A stretch of DNA of 64,000 nucleotides, from NCBI GenBank assembly GCA_044375555.1, contig JBILML010000011.1, forward strand, positions 6,345-70,344, written 5' to 3'. The translations under genes and the position numbers were made by a program. The notes beneath the pieces are model-generated. The model did no database searches, was not told where the DNA came from, and was given only the letters and a program-made list of their open reading frames with translations. Of this stretch, positions 8,839 through 18,002 are shown in pieces. How positions within the stretch are numbered: position 1 is the first letter of the stretch; each line of letters starts with the position of its first letter. The DNA comes from Terrimicrobiaceae bacterium. Lineage in GTDB: Bacteria > Verrucomicrobiota > Verrucomicrobiia > Chthoniobacterales > Terrimicrobiaceae.

Positions 8839-10005
8839 CTATTTCCGCAGGTCGAGGATGTAGTCCGAGGGCTCGTAGTTTTCGATGAGCACCTTGGTCT
8901 GCCCGTCGCGGTGCATGCGAGCTTGGGTGACCCAGATTTCCGAGGTTTTGTGCGGCGCGAAGAGGATGTCGTCGTGCGTGGCGTTCAAATGCTCGGCAAA
9001 TTTGTCGGGAGTGAGTCCACCGCCAAGATGGTCGCTGCGGCCGGTGGCGACATGGATCGTTCCGAGGATTTTCTCGTCTTGGATGTCGCGGCCGGAGGTG
9101 GGGAGGATTTGGGTGCCGAAGCCGAGTTCACCGAGTTCGCCAGTGACTGGGTCGGAGACGAGCTTGGCGTTGTGAGCGGTGATGGTGTCGGCGTCGCCGT
9201 TGAGAAGTTCGGCTTTCTGGATGCGGCCATTGGCAACATGCATGAGGCCCACGGTGCCGTTTTCGTAGCGCATCGGGAATTGCCCGCTCGCGCCGGTGGG
9301 GACGAAATAAATCTCGCCTGCCGGGAGGTTGGCGACATCGGGTTCATCGCCCCGGCAGAGTCCGTGACTTTTTTGAGCCTCTTGCCCGCCGAGTTCCAAG
9401 CGGAGCGTGTGAGTTTTTCCGGAGTAGAGGAAATCGATCTCCACCCAATCCGCCTTCGTCATGCCGAGCCGCATTTTTTCAGCATCGATGCTGACATCGT
9501 CATAACTGACCGAGAGGCCGGTGCGGAGGATGGTGGGGTTCACGCCATGCAAGGTAGCGCCGCGGAATTTGTATTGCTTCGCGAACGCGGTGAGCGGCGC
9601 GGTGGCCGAGTAGGTCGAAACGCAAAGGATGATGTCGTGGTCGGGGTAGATGTCCTTTTCGAGGCTCACTGTGGTGCCTTCCGGTGTCACCGCCTCGTCG
9701 GGGAGGTCGAGGTTGCTGCCGCCGGTGATTTTGTAGGCGAAAATGCCGCCGCCCTGGAGTCCGAGTTCCTTCATGACGCGGGCATGAAGAGGCTTGTGGA
9801 AAAAGTTCACCGCGTTCGCTTGGATCGGGAGTTCTGGATTTTTAAGAAACTCGAAATTCTTCATCCGCGAGGGATCGGGCAGGTCGATGAGAATGCAGAT
9901 GCGCTGGCCCTCGCGGGGGGCAAAGGTGCTCCTCAGAAGGGTGGATAGATCGAAGGTTGGAAATACCCGGCGTGCGGCTTGCTCTTGAATAGTCGCTGAT
10001 TTCAT
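8839..10005 (-). CDS. Aminopeptidase, M29 (AmpS/PepS-like) family
   Basis: NLPAGEIYFVPTG...ELGELGFGTQ...DEKILGTIHVATGRSDHLGG matches the conserved C-terminal M29 blocks as I recall them. The start is set at the ATG at 10003-10005; the track start at 10044 is a TTG. Confidence 0.6.
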   Translation of the reverse strand: MKSATIQEQAARRVFPTFDLSTLLRSTFAPREGQRICILIDLPDPSRMKNFEFLKNPELPIQANAVNFFHKPLHARVMKELGLQGGGIFAYKITGGSNLDLPDEAVTPEGTTVSLEKDIYPDHDIILCVSTYSATAPLTAFAKQYKFRGATLHGVNPTILRTGLSVSYDDVSIDAEKMRLGMTKADWVEIDFLYSGKTHTLRLELGGQEAQKSHGLCRGDEPDVANLPAGEIYFVPTGASGQFPMRYENGTVGLMHVANGRIQKAELLNGDADTITAHNAKLVSDPVTGELGELGFGTQILPTSGRDIQDEKILGTIHVATGRSDHLGGGLTPDKFAEHLNATHDDILFAPHKTSEIWVTQARMHRDGQTKVLIENYEPSDYILDLRK

Positions 10006-10058
10006 GGACCCATCATTACGACCTTGGATGCGATGACGATTCAATTTTCCTTACAATT

Positions 10059-10823
10059 ATGAAATTTCAAACCCTCTCGATTTTGTCGGCGGCCATGCTG
10101 GCTGGAGGTCATTTGGCGCGTGCTTCGGACTTCAACGCGCTTGTGCTCGAGCAAATCCGCACGATGCCCGACGGCGGGGGATACGCCACAACTCGCGAGG
10201 CGCATGGGGCCTTGAACTCCTCGGTCCAACCGGATGCCGGCTCGGTATCCATCCAGGCCGCGAAGGCGTGTCCGAGCTACTGTTCCGGCGCGACCTATTT
10301 GGTGTTTTTGAAAACGCTGCAGGCTGCCGAGAAAAAAGGGCTCATGCAGCCGCTCGGGAGCGTCTGGGCTTCGCTCGCGCCCAAATCCTCGCCGGATGGC
10401 GTCGGCATCTGGGGACGCTGGAATGCGAACGGCCCCGGAGCCTCGCGGCTTTTTCACGAACTCCAGCTCGGGCGGAATTTCACCAGCTACGCCGAGGCGA
10501 GGCCGGGGGATTTCATGAAAATCTTCTGGATCGATGCGGTCGGCAAAAAAGAGCGCGGGCATCTCGTGGTTTTTCTGGGCGAGGAGGAGAAAGACGGCGA
10601 GCCGCATGTGCGCTTCTGGTCCAGCAACAAGCCGCATGGTTACGGCGAAAAGAGCGTGGCGAAAACTAAGATCGCCCGCGCCATTTTCTCGCGGCTCGAG
10701 GCGCCCTCGAATATTCGCAACATCCCTTCGATTCCCAAGAAGGACGAGTATTTGGCGAGCTTGCTGACGCACGAGTCGAGCTTCGCCGAGGCGCTTCAGC
10801 AGAGTGGTGTCGCCGCTCCCTGA
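10059..10823 (+). CDS. Exported hypothetical protein, possible NlpC/P60-like papain-fold hydrolase
   Basis: A signal peptide is present (MKFQTLSILSAAMLAGGHLARA). A candidate catalytic pair is PSYCSGATYLVF and ERGHLVVFLG. The functional call is tentative. Confidence 0.55.
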   Translation: MKFQTLSILSAAMLAGGHLARASDFNALVLEQIRTMPDGGGYATTREAHGALNSSVQPDAGSVSIQAAKACPSYCSGATYLVFLKTLQAAEKKGLMQPLGSVWASLAPKSSPDGVGIWGRWNANGPGASRLFHELQLGRNFTSYAEARPGDFMKIFWIDAVGKKERGHLVVFLGEEEKDGEPHVRFWSSNKPHGYGEKSVAKTKIARAIFSRLEAPSNIRNIPSIPKKDEYLASLLTHESSFAEALQQSGVAAP

Positions 10824-10827
10824 GGGG

Positions 10828-12282
10828 CTACAGCGGAAGCGTTTGGTAATCGAGGCAGAGGAAAATCGTCAACTCACCGCCGTCGGGGAGTTGGATTTTG
10901 CGGAGCGGTGAGACCTGTGCGAATGCGCCTTTGATTGTTTGGGGCAGATCAGAGCCGAGGAACAAGGCGTTGCGACCGGCGAAGAGATTGTAGCCCTTCT
11001 GCTCGGTGAAGAATTCATCCACCACCAGATCGCTCGCCACGAAGTCCGCATACGAAGGCCAGAGGCCGAATTGGCTCGTGAGGGCGGGGGATTCGGGAAC
11101 AAAGACCGGCGGATACTCGCTGCCGGCGGCTGTTTTGAAAAATACGGCCAGCATCGAGGCTTGGTCAGTATTTTCGGCAATGAGGAAACCGCCGCCGTCG
11201 CTCGCGGGAATCTCGCGCGTGGCTTTGTGAACCTCCTTCGCGACGGACAACCAAACTCCTCGCATGCGACCCTCCTCGCGGAGCATGACGGCGCTCTGAA
11301 GAAGCGCCAGAGCGACCACCGCCGAGCCAGCGAGGGGCATCCAGCGCGCGCGAGCGACATACCCGATGAGGGTTGCCAGCACGGGAACCAACGCCAGCCA
11401 AGCGGGTGTCGAAAAACTCCGGCCGATGAGGAATTGATACACGGCCCAGAAGGCGGGAAGACCCGCTGCGACGAGAAGAAACCGTCCCGCGCCGCGCTTG
11501 AGGCCACCGAGCACCAGCGCCGCGAGACCGGCCAGCAGGGCGAGCCCGGCGGCGAAGGAATACTCGCGGAAGAACTCGACGAAGTTGCGTCCCCAGCCGC
11601 CGGGTTGAGGGCGCCACCAGGTTTGGAGGGTTCCGCCGGCGATGGGGATCCATTCGAGTTTGGCGTTCCATGCCAGAGGGCTCCAAAGCACGGCCAGCGG
11701 CAGAACAACGAGGGCCGTCAATGCGGCCCAGTCGGGTTGCTGTTTGTTTCGAAGAGCGGCCAGGATCGTGATGCAAAAACCCAGCGGCACGAGCACGGAT
11801 TCGTAGAGGAAGAGGCAAGCCAGTGCGAAGCAGGCGGAGGCGGGTAGCCAGTCCTTGCGGCGTCCCTCGACCGCGGAATAGGCCGCTTGCAGGCCTCCAA
11901 GAACGCAGACGAGTGTCGGCATCCAAGGGCCGACGGTCACGCTGTGCGAGTTGAAGATCGGTAGGGCGTTCAAGGCAAGAACGGTCCAAGCCGCCACGAC
12001 ATCATTCGAAATGGTTCGGATCGATTGGAACGCAAGCCAACTGGCGAGGAGGGCGAACAAGGGCCACGCGAAGCGCAGGATTTCCAAGGAGCTGCCGGTA
12101 AAAAATCCGAGGAACCGCACTAGGTAAGCTGTGGCGGGCGGGCCATCGAAATACGCCGAGGCCAGGCGGTCGCTGCACATCCAGTAATAGGCCTCCTGGG
12201 GCGAGATCCCTTGGGTCGCCAGCCAGATGATCCGGATCAGCGTGAGGATTCCCAGAAAAGCCAGGATGTTTTTTGTTTTCAC
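10828..12282 (-). CDS. Glycosyltransferase family 39 (ArnT/PMT-like membrane glycosyltransferase)
   Basis: The protein is polytopic and 484 aa long. The N-terminal block WLATQGISPQEAYYWMCSDRLASAYFDGPPATAY is typical of GT39/PMT_2 proteins. It has a GTG start that overlaps the PAP2 stop (GTGA). Confidence 0.8.
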   Translation of the reverse strand: MKTKNILAFLGILTLIRIIWLATQGISPQEAYYWMCSDRLASAYFDGPPATAYLVRFLGFFTGSSLEILRFAWPLFALLASWLAFQSIRTISNDVVAAWTVLALNALPIFNSHSVTVGPWMPTLVCVLGGLQAAYSAVEGRRKDWLPASACFALACLFLYESVLVPLGFCITILAALRNKQQPDWAALTALVVLPLAVLWSPLAWNAKLEWIPIAGGTLQTWWRPQPGGWGRNFVEFFREYSFAAGLALLAGLAALVLGGLKRGAGRFLLVAAGLPAFWAVYQFLIGRSFSTPAWLALVPVLATLIGYVARARWMPLAGSAVVALALLQSAVMLREEGRMRGVWLSVAKEVHKATREIPASDGGGFLIAENTDQASMLAVFFKTAAGSEYPPVFVPESPALTSQFGLWPSYADFVASDLVVDEFFTEQKGYNLFAGRNALFLGSDLPQTIKGAFAQVSPLRKIQLPDGGELTIFLCLDYQTLPL

Positions 12283-12926
12283 GGATTCAATAAATCGTGG
12301 TGGGCGCTATGGAGCTGCGGGGCGAAAACCGGAGCGAATTTTTTCCAAAGAAACCGAAGGAGGGTCACCACGCCGAGAGCGCAGGCGATTCCGATGAAAG
12401 AACCGGCAAGAACATCCAGCGGCCAGTGGGATCCGACATACATGCGGCTGAACGCTACCAGAGCGGCAGGAAGAAACGCAATCCAGCCCCAGCGGCGGTA
12501 GAAGAGAAAGCACACAGTGGCCATGGCGAAAGTGTTCGCCGCATGCGCGGAGGGGAAGGACTTGCCGGTGGTGGCGGGGGTTTCGATGGAGGAGGTTTTG
12601 GTTTTGAGAGGCAGGAGGACCGCCATCACGCGCGGGGTCGCTTTGGCCAGATCGATCGAGCGCACGCCGGAGAGGACTTCGTTCGGGCGCGGTCGCTGGA
12701 CGCTGGATTTGAGGGTGCGGCAGACCAAGCCGTCATTGATGCCAATGGCGAGGACGGCGGAAAAAACCATCGCCCGCGCGCGGAACCCTCCGAAGAGCAG
12801 CAGGCACGCTCCGGCGACAACCACCAACGGCCACCAGGCGGCCCAACTCGACAAGGTCGCCATCACGACATCCACGATGGGATTCTTCGGCGAGTTGTTG
12901 AGGGCAATGAAGAGGCTTTGATCCAT
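12279..12926 (-). CDS. PAP2 family (acid) phosphatase, membrane
   Basis: PAP2 motifs are present: KSSVQRPRP, SFPSAHA and SRMYVGSHWPLDV. The start is set at the internal ATG at 12924-12926 (MDQSLFIALNN). Confidence 0.8.
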   Translation of the reverse strand: MDQSLFIALNNSPKNPIVDVVMATLSSWAAWWPLVVVAGACLLLFGGFRARAMVFSAVLAIGINDGLVCRTLKSSVQRPRPNEVLSGVRSIDLAKATPRVMAVLLPLKTKTSSIETPATTGKSFPSAHAANTFAMATVCFLFYRRWGWIAFLPAALVAFSRMYVGSHWPLDVLAGSFIGIACALGVVTLLRFLWKKFAPVFAPQLHSAHHDLLNP

Positions 12927-13086
12927 GAATGGGTGGTTCGTCCCTAGAGATTGGTGGAACGACGGGTGCAGGCAAGCCTCCAGCGGCAGGGGAGGGGAGA
13001 GGAATCGGGTTGCCGCGAGGACCCAGTGTTGTAAAAACCCCAGCATGTTCGGACACTCACCTGCGATTTTGCACACTCGCTCGGGG

Positions 13087-13566
13087 ATGAATTCCCGGCC
13101 GATGTCGATTTTCCAATCGTGGGCTTTGGTCGTGGTTTGTGCATTGCTGCTGGGCACTCTAGCGCAGGTTGTCGGCCCCCGGAGGATTCCTTGGGTGGAA
13201 GATCATTCGCGGCGGGTGGAGTTGAAGGCGGTGGCGGCTGGGATCGAAATGGTCGACGTGGCTCGTGCCAAGGAAATCGTCGAGAAGGGCGAGTTTTTGG
13301 TTTGTGATGCGCGGAAGATCGAGGATTTCGATGCGGGTCACCTGCCCGGCGCGGTGTCGTTTCCTTTCGGCACGCACGAGGAGGCCTACAACGAACTGGC
13401 GGCGCTCTTTTCTCCGGAGCAACAGGTGATGGTTTATTGCTCTGGACTCGACTGCGACGATGCCTTGTTGCTGGCAAAATTTCTGCAAGCGCAGGGAAGC
13501 TCGAAGGTGGTTCTTTTTGCGGAAGGAATGTCGGGATGGAAGGAGGCGGGGCATCCGCTCGAGTGA
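13087..13566 (+). CDS. Rhodanese-like domain protein with an N-terminal TM anchor
   Basis: The rhodanese active-site loop is present (FLVCDARKIEDFDAGHLPGAVSFP...VMVYCSGLDCDDALLLAKFL). The start is uncertain (ATG at 13087 or 13102); the track start at 12925 would overlap the PAP2 gene. Confidence 0.7.
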   Translation: MNSRPMSIFQSWALVVVCALLLGTLAQVVGPRRIPWVEDHSRRVELKAVAAGIEMVDVARAKEIVEKGEFLVCDARKIEDFDAGHLPGAVSFPFGTHEEAYNELAALFSPEQQVMVYCSGLDCDDALLLAKFLQAQGSSKVVLFAEGMSGWKEAGHPLE

Positions 13567-13567
13567 T

Positions 13568-14005
13568 ATGAATCGCGTGCCAGACAACCGAAATCCCTTG
13601 TGGATCGCCCTCGAGTGGGTGGCTTGCCTAGCTCTGGCGGGCGTGCTGATTGCCGCTGCGTTTCCGAAAATCTCGAATCCCGATCAGTTCGCGCTGGCAG
13701 TTTATCAATATCAACTTTTGCCCACCATGCTGGTGAACTTGGTGGCGGTCTACCTGCCGTGGCTGGAGATCAGTTGCGCGGCGGCGCTGGTGGCCCTGCC
13801 TGCGGCACGGCGTGGTGCGTTGTTGATAGTGGCGGGGATGCTGGTGGTTTTCACGATGGCAATTGCCTGGGTGGTCCTTCGAGGTCAGGCGATTCCCTGC
13901 GGGTGCTTCGGCGGGGACGATTCCGCTGAGGCTGGCTGGTGGTCGCTGGCAAGAAATTGCGGCCTCCTGGCGCTGACCGCACTCGCCCTCCGCTCGACGC
14001 GGTAA
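13568..14005 (+). CDS. MauE/DoxX-like membrane protein
   Basis: It has four hydrophobic helices and ends in the GQAIPCGCFGG motif typical of MauE-type proteins. The ATG at 13568 lies 1 nt after the rhodanese stop. Confidence 0.65.
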   Translation: MNRVPDNRNPLWIALEWVACLALAGVLIAAAFPKISNPDQFALAVYQYQLLPTMLVNLVAVYLPWLEISCAAALVALPAARRGALLIVAGMLVVFTMAIAWVVLRGQAIPCGCFGGDDSAEAGWWSLARNCGLLALTALALRSTR

Positions 14006-14008
14006 AAA

Positions 14009-14041
14009 TTGTAGCAACGGCAGTCCTCTGCCGTTTGGGAG
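14009..14041 (+). repeat. REP-like palindromic unit, family A (ttgtagcaacggcagtcctctgccgtttgggag)
   Basis: It contains a perfect 8-bp stem (aacggcag/ctgccgtt) with a 4-nt loop. An inverted copy lies at 18326-18358 and a 24/26 copy at 39051-39076. Confidence 0.8.
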
Positions 14042-14065
14042 GAAACCGCGAATGGAAAAACCCAA

Positions 14066-14117
14066 GGTAGGGGCGGCTCGCCGAGCGGACCCAAGGTTCA
14101 GGCGCGAACGCGCCGTT
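14066..14117 (+). repeat. REP-like unit, family B (ggtaggggcggctcgccgagcggacccaaggttcaggcgcgaacgcgccgtt)
   Basis: An inverted, near-identical copy lies at 18469-18520. Weaker similarity continues for about 40 bp beyond it. The unit contains the internal palindromes gctcgccgagc and ggcgcgaacgcgcc. Confidence 0.8.
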
Positions 14118-14271
14118 GGCTCAGCAGCAATTCCTCCCGCAGAGCCGCCAAGACGCAGAGGAGGTCATTTTGGCAACACCCGGGATTCTGCCTCGCGTCG
14201 CTGCCGCTCTACATGATGCCGTTCTGCGAATATGTGGGATCGCCCCCTTTCCCTGAGCGGTGCGAAGCGGT

Positions 14272-15951
14272 CTAGCCGACAGGAGGAATACGGAGCTTGT
14301 AGTCGTGGTCGATGACTTTGGCGGGCAGGGGCTGGCTCTCGGCTTCGGGAATGAGAACTTGGATATAAGCTGCGCCGTCGTGTTTCTCGATTTTGCCGAG
14401 GATGTCGTCGAGCTCGGCTAGGGTGCCGACCTTGGCAGTGAGCCATCCCTTGCAACCAAACGCTTCGGGCAGGAGGTGGTAGTTCAGTCGAGCGATGTCG
14501 TCGTAGATGTGTCCGCGTTCGCTGAAAAAGTCCTCGACGCCGTAGATGTCGTTATTGAGGACGAAAATAACCGGCTTGATGCCGTAGCGTCCCATGACGC
14601 CGATTTCATTGAGGGTGAGTTGGTGGGAGCCATCGCCGGTGACCATCCAAGTGCGGCCGGACTTTTTGGCGAGGCAGACGCCCAGCGTGGCCGGGGTGGC
14701 CCATCCGATGGAGCCCCAGAGTCCTTGGCCCTCGGCGCCGACTCCTTTGGGAAGAACCATGGGATTGAGGTGCATCATGCAAGTGCCCGTCTCAACCACC
14801 AGAGTGTCACCGGATTTCAGGCAACGCTGGAGGCGGGGGTAGAAGTTCGCCGAGGAGAGTTTGTCGTCGCCGTTGCCGGTGGCGGGGAGGAGGTCGATTT
14901 TTTCGGAGACGACAGGCTGGGGGCGGGTCTTCACCTTCGCGAGAAGACCCGCGAGGACATCGTCAATGGCGGTGTTCACGAAAACCTTAGTGCCGATTTG
15001 CACATGGCTGTCCCGGATGGAAATCATGCGGTTAGGGTCGAGGTTGTCGGTGAAAAGGCCCGCATTCAGCTCGGCGAGGATGATTCCGCCGATGTCCAGC
15101 ACCAGGTCGGCGCTTTCGATGACTTGTTTGACGGAGGCGGGCGAGGAGAAATCGCCGTGGTAGAGGCCGATGAACTGCGGGATCGACTCGTCGAGGGAAC
15201 CCTTTTCCGCAGGGGCGATGGCGGCGGGAAGGTTGATTTTGCCGAGGAGTTCATGCACCTGCGCGCGGAGGCCGTAACGGGCGGTGAGGGCGGTCACGAT
15301 GGCGACGGGATTCTTTGCCGCCTCCAGGCGCAGCAAGATCGTGGCGAGCGCGCTTTCCAATTCCGCGGGAACGCTCGTCTGGCGTTTGATTTCGGCGAGG
15401 GGGTTTCCAGTGACAGGAGTGCCCACGATCGGGGAATAACCCGAGAGTTCGGAGATCGCGATGTAGGCGGGCTTGCTCAGGCGCAGGGCCTCGCGGATGA
15501 CGCGCTCCAGTTCCTCGACGCAGTTGGTCGGGGTGAGGACAGCAGTCACTCCCGCCGCGGCACCAGAGATCGGCAGGAAGCGGTGGTAGTTGGTGTCGCC
15601 GAGGTTGTGGTGGGTGATGAGATTCTGGATTTGGATGCGTTCGCTGGGCATCCCGACCAGATGGAAAACAGGGAGGCGGTGGGTGAGGCTGCCCATGACA
15701 CCGTTGATCGCGGAAAGTTCGCCAACGCCGTAGGTGGTCGTGAGCATCGCCGCGCCACGAATGCGTGCGTAGCCATCGGCCGCGTAGGCTGCGTTGAGTT
15801 CATTGGCGCAAACGACCCACTCGAGGCCGGGAACCTGCTCGGCGGCATCATTGATGGGAAAGGCATAATCTCCAGGCACGCCGAAAATCCTGTCGATTCC
15901 AAGTTGGGACAAGCGGGTGAGTGTGTATTGGGCGACGGTCGGGTTGTTCAT
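14272..15951 (-). CDS. Thiamine-diphosphate-dependent alpha-keto-acid decarboxylase (indolepyruvate/pyruvate decarboxylase family)
   Basis: The sequence reads MNNPTVAQYTLTRLSQLGIDRIFGVPGDYAFPINDA...NELNAAYAADGYARIRG. The TPP-binding motif is GDGSHQLTLNEIG...VLNNDIYGVE. The protein is 559 aa long. Confidence 0.85.
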   Translation of the reverse strand: MNNPTVAQYTLTRLSQLGIDRIFGVPGDYAFPINDAAEQVPGLEWVVCANELNAAYAADGYARIRGAAMLTTTYGVGELSAINGVMGSLTHRLPVFHLVGMPSERIQIQNLITHHNLGDTNYHRFLPISGAAAGVTAVLTPTNCVEELERVIREALRLSKPAYIAISELSGYSPIVGTPVTGNPLAEIKRQTSVPAELESALATILLRLEAAKNPVAIVTALTARYGLRAQVHELLGKINLPAAIAPAEKGSLDESIPQFIGLYHGDFSSPASVKQVIESADLVLDIGGIILAELNAGLFTDNLDPNRMISIRDSHVQIGTKVFVNTAIDDVLAGLLAKVKTRPQPVVSEKIDLLPATGNGDDKLSSANFYPRLQRCLKSGDTLVVETGTCMMHLNPMVLPKGVGAEGQGLWGSIGWATPATLGVCLAKKSGRTWMVTGDGSHQLTLNEIGVMGRYGIKPVIFVLNNDIYGVEDFFSERGHIYDDIARLNYHLLPEAFGCKGWLTAKVGTLAELDDILGKIEKHDGAAYIQVLIPEAESQPLPAKVIDHDYKLRIPPVG

Positions 15952-16080
15952 ATGGTCAGGTTCTTGATCAAGGTTTCGAGGTTTTGGTGATGTGAAAATT
16001 GAAACTCCACTTGTAGGGAATCACTGGATTTCGACAACTCTCGGCTTTTGCCAGCGCAGTGGCGGGCTCTCACAAAGACG

Positions 16081-16113
16081 CGAAGTCGGAACGCCGATGC
16101 CCCCGTCGGCATC
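16081..16113 (+). repeat. REP-like unit, family C (ggaacgccgatgcccccgtcggcatc), preceded by an inverted fragment of family D
   Basis: 16088-16113 is an imperfect inverted match to 17977-18002 (gatgccgatggggacatcggcgttcc). 16081-16092 (gaagtcggaacg) is the reverse complement of the family D core cgttccgacttc. Confidence 0.7.
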
Positions 16114-16233
16114 TGAAAGCATCTCACGCAAATCTGCGAAGCAACTGATGGGGTTGCCGCTGGCTGCGGACTGAGCAGTCAGTGCGCTAGTTCTGCCCTT
16201 CGGGCTCTTGCTGCCGCTGCGTTGGTTCGCCAC

Positions 16234-16284
16234 CAGCCATCGAAAGTCGTTCCGACTTCCGCTACCAAGGGGTTGGCGGGATCT
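16234..16284 (+). repeat. REP-like unit, family D (cagccatcgaaagtcgttccgacttccgctaccaagg...gggatct)
   Basis: A direct copy lies at 18560-18610. The first 37 bp are identical, then 3 mismatches occur over the next 14 bp. An internal hairpin is aagtcg-ttc-cgactt. Confidence 0.8.
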
Positions 16285-17900
16285 TGGAGGGGTCAGCCGA
16301 CATGAAAGCATGATTCCGCCTTGATCTGCGGGCGGATCGGGCTCTGGAATGCGGTAAAATGGATGTTGTAGGATGGGCGGTCTTATGACCAAACCAACAC
16401 CATCCCACAACAGTCCAGTCTCTATCGGAATCGACTTCCATAAGCGATACAGTGTTTTTTGCGTCCTCGACGCCAAAGGTGGCATCCTTGAACGCGGGCG
16501 TATCGAACACACCACTCCGGAACTCTTCGTCGAGCTGGCCAAGCGCTATCCCAAAGCCCGTGTGGTTTTCGAAACCACCATGAACTGGGCGTGGCTCTAC
16601 GAAATCCTCGAGCCCCATGTCGGCAACAAGAACATCGTTCTGGCCGACGCCTTCAAGACCCGCATCATCGCCGAGTCCCAAGTCAAAAACGACAAAGTGG
16701 ATGCCCACATCCTCGCCCGGCTTATGCACGCAAATATGATCTGCGAGGTTCACATCCCCTCCAAGCCCGCCCGCCAGCGAAAGGAAGTCCTGCGCCAGCG
16801 CTGCTTTTTCGTGCGCCAGCGCACCATGATCCGCAACCGCATCCACCGCCTCCTCGGCGCCCAGCACAACCTCCAACTTCCCCAGTGCAGCGACCTCTTC
16901 GGCAAACGCGGTCTCGGGTTCCTCGACAAACTCGACCTCCCCGCGCCCTCCGGACTCCTCCTCAAGCAACAGCTCGAAATGTTGCGCAATCTCCAAACCC
17001 GCATCGCCGAGGACGAGGCCGCCCTCAAATCCATGCTTGAAGACTCGCTCGAACTCGCCTTCATCCAAAGTCTCCCCGGCATGGGCCCCATCCTCGCCGC
17101 CGTCGTCGTCAGTGAAATCGACACCATCGGGCGCTTTTCGAGCGCGCAAAAGCTCTGCGGCTACGCCGGCCTCTGCCCCTCCACCTCCAGCAGCGGAGGC
17201 AAGACCCACCAAGGCCGCCTCATGTCGCGTTGCAACAAATGGCTGCGCTGGGCTTTTATCGAAGCCGCTTGGGTCTCGGTAGGCTGCTCGCCCTACTTTG
17301 CCGACCACTACAAACGCAAACGCGCCCTCGGCAAAAAAGCCAACACCGCCATCCTCTCCACCGCCCGACGCATGGCCCGCATCGCCTGGCAACTCTTGAC
17401 CGAGAAACGAGCTTTTGAAACCCTACCGCCAGCCCAAAAAACCAAAGGCCGAACCGGTGGAGAAACCGATTCCTCCCCGGTTTCGGTCAATGGGCAGGAG
17501 GCTACGGCAATCAGCGCACCACTTTCCCCGGCCGCTCCATTGTAGGACTGGATGGTCGCCGAGGTGAAAACCTCGGACGGCGCACCTTGGGTCAGACTGG
17601 AGGGCCGGGGATCTGATTGTCGATTTGGATGGGGGATGAAATAGGCCCGCCCCGCAGAGAAGTTTGATCTCGGAATCTCCACGCCTGACAAACGGAGCGA
17701 AGTTTGAAAATCCGCCCCGACGGCAATTTTCCGTCGGCACGGACACCGCACGGCCATGCCTTAAAATGGACTTCCCAAACCCCAAGAGAGGCCCATTGGT
17801 CTTTTGCATCAATCTCATCAAAAGCGACTAATAAAATACCCTCTTGACACCGCTTTTTCAGAGAAGTCCCACACATTTACATATTTTGGGAGGCAACTTG
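16285..17900 (+). mobile_element. IS110-family insertion sequence; boundaries approximate and not determinable from a single copy
   Basis: The transposase sits between REP-like repeat clusters. A candidate subterminal inverted pair is tctgcgggcgg (16325-16335) and ccgccccgcaga (17647-17658). An AT-richer non-coding tail follows the gene. Confidence 0.35.
16373..17545 (+). CDS. IS110-family transposase (DEDD RuvC-like domain plus C-terminal Tnp domain)
   Basis: Diagnostic blocks are VSIGIDFHKRYSVFCVLD, VVFETTMNWAWLYE, LADAFKTRIIAESQVKNDKVDAHILARL and QSLPGMGPILAAVVVSEIDTIGRFSSAQKLCGYAGLCPSTSSSGGKTHQGRLMSRCNKWLRWAF. The true start may be Met5 (16385). Confidence 0.92.
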   Translation: MGGLMTKPTPSHNSPVSIGIDFHKRYSVFCVLDAKGGILERGRIEHTTPELFVELAKRYPKARVVFETTMNWAWLYEILEPHVGNKNIVLADAFKTRIIAESQVKNDKVDAHILARLMHANMICEVHIPSKPARQRKEVLRQRCFFVRQRTMIRNRIHRLLGAQHNLQLPQCSDLFGKRGLGFLDKLDLPAPSGLLLKQQLEMLRNLQTRIAEDEAALKSMLEDSLELAFIQSLPGMGPILAAVVVSEIDTIGRFSSAQKLCGYAGLCPSTSSSGGKTHQGRLMSRCNKWLRWAFIEAAWVSVGCSPYFADHYKRKRALGKKANTAILSTARRMARIAWQLLTEKRAFETLPPAQKTKGRTGGETDSSPVSVNGQEATAISAPLSPAAPL

Positions 17901-17976
17901 TTCTTGGTTCGTGATTTGGGATGGTGGATTGGCGGAGGGGCCGCTGATGCGAGAAGCGTGTAACTGGTGTCGGGTT

Positions 17977-18002
17977 GATGCCGATGGGGACATCGGCGTT
18001 CC
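17977..18002 (-). repeat. REP-like unit, family C (inverted copy)
   Basis: gatgccgatggggacatcggcgttcc is the reverse complement of 16088-16113 with a few mismatches, all in the loop region. Confidence 0.7.

Noticed and set aside
17844-17890. A sigma70-like promoter (ttgaca ... tacatatt) in the AT-rich stretch downstream of the IS110 gene.
   Set aside because: The spacing between the -35-like hexamer and any -10-like hexamer is 27-30 bp. No gene follows within 700 bp. It is kept only as a descriptive note in the IS110 finding.
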